A DNA stretch of 64,000 nt from Octopus sinensis. Lineage: Eukaryota. The notes below the pieces were generated by a model. That model was not told where the DNA came from, did no database searches, and worked only from the letters and a program-made list of their open reading frames with translations. The position numbers and the translations under genes were made by a program. This document shows, one piece after another, positions 1-10,362 of this stretch. The stretch spans positions 49,166,001-49,230,000 of the forward strand of contig NC_043005.1 in NCBI RefSeq assembly GCF_006345805.1, written 5' to 3'. The first letter of the stretch is position 1; every line of letters begins with the position of its first letter.

Positions 1-406
1 TTTTTATACACATACAGGCGCAGGTGTGACTGTGTGGTAAGAAGACATGATATTGCTTCCCAACCACATGGTTCTGGGTTCAATCCCACTGCATGGCACC
101 TTGGGCAAGTGTCTTCTACTATGACCTTGGGCCAACCAAAGCTTTGTGAGTGGATTTCATAGACGGAAACTGAAAGAAGCCCATTGTGTGAGTGTGTGTG
201 CATGTATCTTTTTCTTGTTTCCCCACCACTGCTTGACAACCAGTGTTGGTGTTTTTACTTTCCTGTAACTTAGTGGTTTGGCAAAAGATATCAATAAAAT
301 AAGTATCAGGCTTAAAAAAAGGTACTGGGGTTGATTCATTCAACTAAAATTCTTCAAGGTGGCGCCACAGTCTAATGACAAACAAATAAAAGATAATTTT
401 TATATA

Positions 407-981
407 TATTAGTGACAGAGGCAGTCTTAATACCAAAGGGTAATATTTATTCCCGCTATAGATGTTCCTTTAGAACAGACTGTGGTAGATAACATGAGAG
501 AAACCCTTATTTAGGCTTTTGGTGCAAAATGCCCGCTTGTTTTATATTGCTAGCAGGGAGATAAATCCCTCCCCTGCTCCTGTACTGAGACCACCAGATC
601 ACATGATTTCAACCTTCCTTAATCTCATTAGTGATGGATGCTTGACTGCTAGAGATAACAGCAATTCACCTCCTCCCCACCAATGATATATAGAAAATCA
701 GTGCTCGAACAGGCACTGGTGTCATAATTAGCCAGTGAGCTTGTTAAGAAATAAATATTAACGACAGAGGTAGTATAATACCAAGAGGTAATATTTATGC
801 CCGCTTAAAAGTGGATGTTCTGTTAGAACAAACTTTACTGTAGCAGATACTCTGAAACTCCCATATAGGCTTTTGGTATAAAATGCACTCGTTTATATTG
901 CCAGCAGGGAGATAAATCCCCACCAGCTTCAGTGCGGGGATCATCAGGTCACGGGATTTTGACCTTCTTTGGTCTCATCTG
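407..981 (-). repeat. About 350-bp head-to-tail diverged duplication, each unit with a decayed hammerhead (retrozyme / Penelope pseudo-LTR-like)
   Basis: Units start near 407 and 756 (TATTA.GACAGAGG...); hammerhead motifs at 591-637 and 940-981; equivalent cleavage sites 350 nt apart. Confidence 0.75.
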
Positions 982-3420
982 TATTAAAAATAAACACCAA
1001 AATTTCTTTATATTTAAATTTACTGCTCGCTACTAACTACTACGAGTTACTCCCGCTGTTTGCCCGCACTTTGTCCAGGCTTCTGAAAGCTTGATTTAAG
1101 ACAGAGATCAGCTGAAATGCGTTTGATAATGGGCCTGGTTGATATCACTGATTGGAACTAACCAACAATGCTATACTAAGTCAAATGCAATGAGTAGTTT
1201 AAATCTTTAGGACTTAAACTGTCAATGTCAAGCCCAATTATTACCACTTGTATTATGTCAAACTGGTCACATTCAGCTTCTCACACCTACAATATCATTC
1301 TAAAAATAAATAATCAGGTTAAAATCTAAAAGCCATAAGACAATGCATGATTAATTCAAAACAATGTAAATAAGTATTACATTTGATAAAGTAATTGGAA
1401 CGCTAATGGGTTACACAACTGTACTCAACCACTGTTATTCTGTGTTAACTAATCTTTTTTTCACTTCAATCTTTTTTATTTTTTACCATATGTTCTTATT
1501 TTTGATATTTATCTTATCTACCCTATATTTTTTTTATGACCATTAAATTCACTGCAAACATTTTTGCAGTGGGAAAATTTTCCATAAGAAATGTCACCAT
1601 AAAGGAGGCATACAAGCAGACTATAAACTAGATAACTTATTTTGAAAAAATTACCTTTCTCTAATTGATAGGTTAGTTCATGAAGTTGCCATTTTAAGAA
1701 AACAGCTAACCCCGCCCCACTTTTTCAAAGTGAATTTTCTAATGGCAAAAATGTTGTTGCCTTACTGGCACTTGAAAAAACATTTGAGCGAGGTCGTTGC
1801 CAGTGCCACTAGACTGGCTCCTGTGCAGGTGGCATGTAAAAAACACCATTTGAGCGTGGCCGTTGCCAGTACCACCTGACTGACTCCTGTGCCGGTGGCA
1901 CATAAAAGTACCCACTACACTCTCGGAGTGGTTGGTGTTAGGAAGGGCATCCAGCTGTAGAAACTCTGCCAGATCAAGATCGGAACCTGGTGCAGCCATC
2001 TGGTTCGCCAGTCCTCAGTCAAATCGTCTAACCCATGCTAGCATGGAAAGTAGATGTTAAATGATGATGTTTATGGTAGTAGCTCAACTACATGGTTCGA
2101 GGTTCAATCCCACTGCTTGGCACCTCAGGCAAGTGTCTTTTACTATAGCCTCTGGCTGACAAAAGCCTTGTGAATGGATCTGGTAGACAGAAACTGAGAG
2201 AAGCTTGCCATGTGTGTATATATACCTTGTTCTTCTCTCTGGTTATGTAACCAAGTATCTCCTCTATAGCAAGACACCTATTTCTGCCTCTCTGTCAAAT
2301 TCTAAATTTTCATCATCCAACACAGGGTCACCTTTTCCAATGCCCCCTCCCCTCCATTTGATGACTCTGCCAGTGCTGGTGCCACATAGAAAGCATCGAG
2401 TACACACTGAAGTGGTTGGCATTTGGAAGGGCATCCAGCTGTAAAACCAATGCCAAAACTGACCTTGCCTGTGCTGGTGCCATGTAAAAAGCACTTGCTC
2501 CAGTCTATGGAGTGGTTGGTGTTAGGGAGGGAATCCAGTCATAAAAACCCTGCCAAAACAGACACAGAAGTCTGGGGCAGGCACCTGCCTGGCTAGCTCC
2601 TGTCAAACCATCCAACCCATGCTTGCATGGAAGACAGACATTAAATGATGATGATATATATCTCTGTTTGTCCCCTACCATTACTTGACAACCAGCGTTA
2701 GTGTTTATGTCCCCATAACTTAGTGGCTTGGCGAAAGAGCAGACTTTAAAAAATTAAGTCCTGGGGTAGTTTCATTCGACTAAAAATTCTTCAAGGCGAT
2801 GCTACTGTCTAAAATACAAACAATAAAATGATAACCATATTTTTTTTCACTCAAAATACGTTCACACAACACGTAATTTAGAAAAGGAAACAAGACAAAG
2901 AAATATATTTTTTTAAATATTTTTATGACGAAATAAGTGAAATTTAAATGAATTCAGTATTTTTGAGATGAAATCACATTGTGTTATTTATGTTCAGACA
3001 ATTCGGCAAATCTTATATCACATTTCAACTGAAGGAGATGAAAAAAAAAAGAATAAAATCAGCTGAAATGGAAAAAATATGGGGGACCATGTACATTGTT
3101 TTACCTTTATTCTGTTTGTACAAAATCATAAAAACTGCTTAATCCACACTTGTATTAGAAGTGTATAGAGTCAGATTACATAAGAAATAAGAATAACACA
3201 AAAGAATGAGAAATATGTCATGAACTTTACTACATTACAGCTTCAATGCTTGTGTGTCAAACTATAGCTTCATCAGAGCTTCAAAGGGTGATACACAAGC
3301 ATTTAACTATGAGTGGATTGCATCTTACAGCAGAAACAGCCATACGCTGATGAAGTTCATGACAGAATTTCTTATTCTTTTGTGTCATTCTAATATATAT
3401 ATAATATATACATACATACA

Positions 3421-4278
3421 CAGGGTGTGGTGAATAAACTGTCGTCTAAATTATGCAAAAATGAAAATAACACTAACATCTCATTGTAACAGATATATTT
3501 ACCAAAATTACATAAAAATATCTTGAAATACTGAAGAGTAAATTTATTCAATAAAATCGCCATTGGCTTCAACCACAGCCTTCAGACGACTTTGGAATTT
3601 CCTGCAACTCTTCTGGACGGTCTCCTTGTTTAAGTTGGTGAATGCTGCCATAATCCTTGCCTTCAGTTCATCTTGGAGTTACAAGGAGTTTTGTTGGTCT
3701 CTCATTCAACTGCACCCCACACATAATTAAGGGGATGCAGTCTGGAAAGTTAGGTGGCCAGATGTTAAGGGTGATGTGGTTGCAGAAAGTGTTTGAGTCA
3801 TGACTGGCTTCTCCTGCTTGTATGGCATGGTGCAGAGTCCTGTTGCCAAACATAGGGTCTTCCAACAGTCAACCTCTTAACCCAGGGCAACACTACCTCC
3901 TCCAGGCATTTGATGTAGGCCTCTGTGTTGAGCCTGAGGCCATGCGGAAAGACAAATAGAGGTAATAATGTCGCCATCACTACTAATCACTCCAAATGCC
4001 ATGATGTTGACAATGTTTGATTTTTATCGCTCTCAGTACATGTCCTCACATTGACACCCAAACACTCTGAAATGTTCATATTGGAGCTTCCTGTGCAAAA
4101 GCCAAGCAGTACAGCATGTCGTTTCCAAATTTCTGGCAGAGTGAATTGCATCACAGTGCTGTTTTTCTCATAGACAGTGCCCAATTGACCCTACTATACT
4201 GTGTAGTTGACAAAATAAAAAAAGCACATGCACGAAATTAAAAATATAAAATGACGACAATTTACCCATCACACCCTG
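3421..4278 (-). mobile_element. Tc1/mariner (maT/DD37D-like) internally deleted, decayed DNA transposon
   Basis: TIRs CAGGGTGT...ACACCCTG-TA; transposase remnants WQQDSAPCHTS and WPPN(F)PDC(I)PL with stops and frameshifts; 37-residue D-D spacing only after manual repair. Confidence 0.88.
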
Positions 4279-4287
4279 TATGTATGA

Positions 4288-4359
<72 letters not shown>

Positions 4360-4444
4360 CATACATATACATATATATAATTTTGCTTTGGCATAGTGAC
4401 CAATATACATACACTTCAGAACAAGCATCAATAGAATACAGAGC

Positions 4445-4695
4445 AGAAATAAGAAATTACAATCAAAGGAATAAGAAATTATGTCATGAATTTCATTAGC
4501 TTACAACTGTTTCTGCTATAAGATGTAATCCACTCATAGTTGAATGCTTGTGTGTCAATCTATACAGCTTCATCAGAGCTTCAAAGGGTCATACACATGC
4601 ATTCAACTATGAGTGGATTACATCTTGTAGCAGGAAAAGAGCTGTAAGCTAATGAAATTCAAGACATAATTTCTCATTCTTTTGTCATTCTAATT
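4445..4695. mobile_element. Fold-back (long inverted repeat) element; further copies at 3181-3392 and about 19905-19990
   Basis: About 90-bp arms (...GATGTAATCCACTCATAGTTGAATGC / GCATTCAACTATGAGTGGATTACATC...) around a 35-nt spacer carrying CTGATGAAG on the minus strand. Confidence 0.8.
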
Positions 4696-5862
4696 ACTTA
4701 TATATATATATGTGTGTGTATGTATGTATGTATATGTATATAAGTAAATATTTAAGTGTGGGGTATGTTTCTAATAGTAAGCCGATGAAGCACATTCACT
4801 GCATATGCTCACCTGACAGATCATCCACGGTATTTACACAATTGTTGCTGGATCTACCTCGGGAATTCCTCAGTGAGTATATAATAAATGATAGAGATGG
4901 TAAATGGAATATACAAGAAACTTTATTGCTAACAACGATCATTTCAACTCATCTTGCATCGATCTCTTGCAGGAGGGAAACTGTGCAACTGGTTGTGGTA
5001 CATCCCTCAGTGCAGACGCATCTCATTAGGGGTTATAAGGGGTATCTCTAAATAAACTCTGTTTTGTTCAGTTTTAAATCTAGCATGTTGTTAGTGATTG
5101 TATGTTTAAGCTGTTGGGCAGCAATGGCAAAGAACAGATTCCATTGTGACCTTAGAGACAAAGACAGGGAGTAATTAAGAAAAATAAAACACACAATAAA
5201 ATAAAACATTATGTGCATCAGTACCCAAATATAGTTACTTCCAGACCCACACTTACAATCGTGTATACACACACATATATACTCTCTATCATATGCATAG
5301 TTAAGTAGATGCCATTAAACTCTTTGATAAATGTCCTACCCATTCTTGTATCTCACTGTGATCCAAGGCATCAGTAGTTCCGGAGTTTTAGTTGGCCGTA
5401 AATCTTTTAGTGACTATGGTACTCATAGTCACTAAATATCACAACATGCACTTACATGTGCATATACACAAAAATGCATATCATTATCGTTTAACGTCCA
5501 CCTTGCATACAAGTATGGGTTGGAGGACTTGACAGGAGTCGACCAAGCAGAAGGCTACCCCAGGCTACTGTGTCTGTTTTGGCCGGGGTTTTACAGCTTA
5601 ATGACCTTCCTAACACCAACCACATGAGTGATTTTTATGTAAGATCAGTTTTGGCATAAGTTTTGCAGCTGGATGCCCTTCCAAACACCAACCACTTTAC
5701 AGCAGGGTACAACAAGTAACTTAAAAAAAAAGGAAATTTGAGAGGAGAGGGGAATTGGAGGAGGGGATCTTATGTCAGATGATGAAAGGTTAGAGTAAGA
5801 CAAAGACAGAAAAAGGTGTCTTGCTATAGAGGAATATATATGTGTGTATGTGCAAAACAGAG

Positions 5863-5872
5863 TTTATTTAAT
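5863..5872 (-). terminator. Candidate NUP133 polyadenylation signal (overlapping ATTAAA/AATAAA)
   Basis: Minus strand reads CATTAAATAAACTCTGTTTTG; the first AATAAA I found downstream of the stop, about 550 nt away. Confidence 0.45.
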
Positions 5873-6420
5873 GAGATATCCTCTATAACATCACCTGACA
5901 AGATGCATCTGCACCAAGGATGCACCACAACCAGTCGTACAGTATCCCACCCATTAAGGATCGATATAGGATGGGTTGAATGAATTTTTGTGAGTTTCTC
6001 ATATATTCCATTTTCCGTCTATCATTTGTTTTATATACACACACTTATACATACATATATATATATATTCAAGAGAAAACCAAGCTTGGTTTATCGGCTA
6101 GTAATCAGATACAAGCAACTCAGTGTACTGGAAATTGGAGTTCTTCAGTTATAAAAAGAATACTCTACATTTGTATTGTGTCCTGTACAATATCACTTCT
6201 GGTGAATCAACAGATACACACACACGCGCACACACACACACACACACATATACATGCATATATGTACATAAAAATATATACATATATCATAAAATATATA
6301 TACATATATCATAATATATATACATATATCATAATACCTTCAAATAAACATAAATATGTACATATTATAAATAAAATTTCTTTACAGCAAATAATAACCT
6401 TTAACTCCTTGACAACTATT

Positions 6421-6554
6421 TCATACAATGTGATAGACTTGCTCATATATTGTCTCTAACAAAAATAAGAAATTATCATCTTGTTGGAGATGAAGCAATT
6501 CCTCAGAAGCAATCAGGTGAGTTTTGTCTGGCAGTAGTTCTTTAATATCACCAT
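6421..6554 (-). CDS. NUP133: NUP133 exon 34 (terminal coding exon)
   Basis: [43 protein letters not shown]; TTTCAG acceptor; TGA at 6421-6423. Confidence 0.93.
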
Positions 6555-9500
6555 CTGAAAGAATAAATTGAAAATAAGCAGAAGGAAATAGGAGAAGGTT
6601 AATGGGTTTAGTGCATCAGTGTGTGTGTGCTTGTGTAATAGGTGTATACACATATTTCAAGAGTTATTGCTGTTTCATCAGCATTACATCCAACCCATCC
6701 ATGCCTTGTGAGTGTACTTGGTAGACAGAAACTTAAATCAAACCATCATACATGTGTGTGTGTTTAGGTGTGAGAGTATGTACATTTGTGTTTCCTTGTC
6801 TTTACATCACATGATAGTTGTAAAATGATTGTCACTGTCATATAAGCAGTGTCATTCATCTCCAATATTCAGCAACATCATGTTTGGACATAGAAACAGG
6901 TAAGGGTTAGCAACAGGAAGGGCATCTGGCTGTAGGAAATCTGCCTAAAAAAAATTCCAGGTGACCATGGAAAAGTGGATGTTAAAAAATGGCATTAATA
7001 AGAGTTACATATATATTATAAAAAAAGTGTTGATTTAGCCCTATGCAGTTTAAAGTTTCGTAGGATACTCACAGGAACCTAGCTTGTTGGGCTAAGACGG
7101 CCGAATCTAGATTCCTCTGAAGACTGACCCTATGAAACAAGAGTTCAAATCAAGCTGTTTTAAATAATAATAATAATCAAGGATCAACTCCTGATAGACA
7201 AAACTGTACTTAGAGACTGCAAGAGGAGGAAAAGTAACTTAGCCATGTCATGGATCAACTATCGTAAGGCGTACAATATGATTCCACATTCCTGGATTAT
7301 GGAGTGTATGAACCTATATGGTATTGCATCGAATGTTGAGCAATTGCTTGAAAAAAGTATGGGGAATTGGAGGACGGACCTGACAGCATACGGAAGAAGT
7401 TTAGGGACAGTAGAAATTAGGACGGGCATCTTCTAAGGGGACTGCCTGTCCCCACTAATCTTTGTACTGTGCTTGATACCACTAACACTGATTCTGAAGA
7501 AAGCAAAAGCTGACTATGTATTCAAAAGCCACCAACAAAAAGTCAACCATTTGTTATTCATGGACGACCTCAAACTTTATGGTAGAGATGAAGCCCAAGT
7601 CAGATCCCTCGTTGATACAGTGTATACCTTCAGTGCTGATGAAGAGTTTGGACTGAGAAAGTGTGGTGTGTTAGTCTTGAAAAGAGGTAAAATCAAATGC
7701 ATGGACGGGCTAATGATACCACCGGAGAAGGTAATGAAGCAGATAGAAGAGACAGGCTATAAGTACTTGGGGATTTTGGAAATGAATAAATTGATGGAGA
7801 AAGAAATGACAGAAAAATTTAAGGTGGAGTACTTGCGCAGACTGAGACTGATACCTAAGTCGAAATTAAATGGATGGAATAAGATTGAAGCTATCAACAC
7901 CTAGGCGGTTTCGCTCCTTAGATATGGAGCAGCAGTAATCGCATGGACAGTAGACGAACAGCTTAGACAGAAAGACAAGGAAGTTACTAACTAGATGTGG
8001 GTCACTCCATCCAAATAGTGACACAGAGAGACTGTATGTACCAAGAAAAAGAGGGGTACGAGGACTTATTGGATGTAAATACAGCATTAGAGCAAAAAAT
8101 AACATAGGATGGTATGTAAAAAATGCTACAGAATCACTATTATTTGAAGTAAGAAGAGGCGTAGGAGTGGCTGTGCGGTAAGTAGCTTGCTTACCAACCA
8201 CATGGTTCCGGGTTCAGTCCCACTGCATGGTACCTTGGGCAAGTGTCTCTACTATAGCCTCAGGCCAACCAAAGCCTTTGAGTGGATTTGGTAGACGGAA
8301 ACTGAAAGAAACCTGTCGTATATATGTGTGTGTGTGTGTGTGTGTATGTTTGAGTATCTGTGTTTGTACCCCCCAACATCGCTTGAAATTTGATGCTGGT
8401 GTGTTTACATCTCCGTATTCTAATGGTTCAGCAAAAGAGACTGATTGAATAAGTATCTAGGCTTACAAAGAATAAGTCCTGGAGTCGATTTGCTCGACTA
8501 AAGGCAGTGCTCCAGCATGGCCACAGTCAAATGACTGAAACAAGTAAAAAAGTGTCAGGCTTGTGTAGGATGAAAGATTGCAAAGATAAAGCACTATACA
8601 AGATATTGAAAATGAATGAAACTGAAAATAGGTGGGTAAAGAAAAGAATGCATGGTCAATTTCAGAGGGATGTTGAAGATAAGACAGAAAAAAAGATGGC
8701 TGTGGATGACTAATAGTGATTTAAAACTGGAAACAGAGGCTCTAATCTGTGCTGCCCAAAAGCAAGCACTAAGAACAAACTATGTAAAATGCAGAGTAGT
8801 CAACACAGAAGAAAGTGATAAGTGCAGAATCTGTGGACAAAACGGTGAAATCGTATGGCATATTACCAGCCAATGTACGCCACTAGCCATGAAGGAATAT
8901 AAGAGACACTACGACAATATAGCCAGGCTTGACCATGGGTCACTTTGCAACAAGTATGGACTTGACAGAGCAAAAAATTGGTATGACCACAAACCTGAAG
9001 GCATCGTCGAAAATAGTAATATGAAGATCCTATGGGATTTTATGATTCAGTGTGACCATGAGATAGAGAATAAGAAGCCGGACATAGTCTTAATTGAGAA
9101 AGAAAACAAACTATGCTGGATCATAGACATAGCATACCCAGCTGACAACAAGGTATGCGACAAGGAAGAAAGAAAAGTTGAGAGATATGACAGGTTAGCT
9201 TGGGAAGTTAATCAGTTGTGGTTGATGAAAAAGGTAGCAGTAATACCAATAACTGTCGGAGCCCTGGGAAGAGTGAGTAAAAATCTTGAGAAGTACGTGG
9301 AACAAATAGGGGCTGCAATAAAGGTGGAACACTTGCAGAAAACAGCACTGCTTGGAACCACTCGAATACTCTGGTAGGTGCTCGAAAAATAAGAGCAGTT
9401 ATCTTAGTTCACTGGGAGTGAACAGCTAACACTGTAGTACATCTCTGCGTTAGAGGCTGTGCAAAGGCAATAATAATAATAATAATAATAAATGCCCTAA

Positions 9501-10300
9501 TGCAGTACCAGGCATTGGCTCTCCTGACTTCTGATCTTAATTGACTGGAAGTGTTACCATACATATTTTGTCTTGATATAAAAGATGGACTACTGCAAAT
9601 ATTCTACTCAATACCACAGATTTGCTTGTCAGATATTTGAGCGTAACCAGTTGGGGATGTCCCTTATGGCTGACAATATGTGCATCTCTGATCACAAGCA
9701 GTAGTGGGGGAGTATCACAGCCATGTTTTGAAAGGAATTCTTTGGGGTTTGAATAAATTCACCTCTGGAAGCATGGGGATTTGTTCATCATTCTTAACCC
9801 TTATTCAGAGACCTTTTGAGTGGGATAGGGCTACTCGACCTGAAGAAAATTCTAAGTGGGCCCTACCTGCAAGGTTATGTGTTGTTTACTTTGATATGAG
9901 ATCACCATGTCATGAACATATGGTTGTGATGCATATGCCTGGTGTACCCTTATCAGACAAGTAGTCATAATGGGTATACTGGGTTTCATATATTTTACTT
10001 GTGTCATTTTGATTACATGCAGTGTTCTCTCACTCAATAATAATAATATATATTACTCACTTTGTTTAATGATCAAGGAGATTATTTTGTAGAATAGCTT
10101 CGATGTGCAATCTTCTAGAGGATCATCGGATCGTCTTGCCCAACTGTAAAAATACACAGGAAAAGGTCTTTGAATGAATGTAAATGTGAAAAGGAGATAT
10201 ACAAATAGATATACAAGATACAGTGATAAAAAGCTGAGCTGAGAAGACAAAAACTATGACATGATGGAGGGAATGGATGGGTGGGTACAGAAGTAATACA

Positions 10301-10362
<62 letters not shown>

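Noticed and set aside
1082-1125. CTGAAAGC...AGCTGAAATGCGTT
   Set aside because: Core is not CUGANGA and stem I does not form
4820-5050. Apparent plus-strand exon pair (AG...GTGAGT; AG...stop, AATAAA)
   Set aside because: No recognisable protein in any frame, and most of it is one copy of the inverted repeat seen again at 5851-6040
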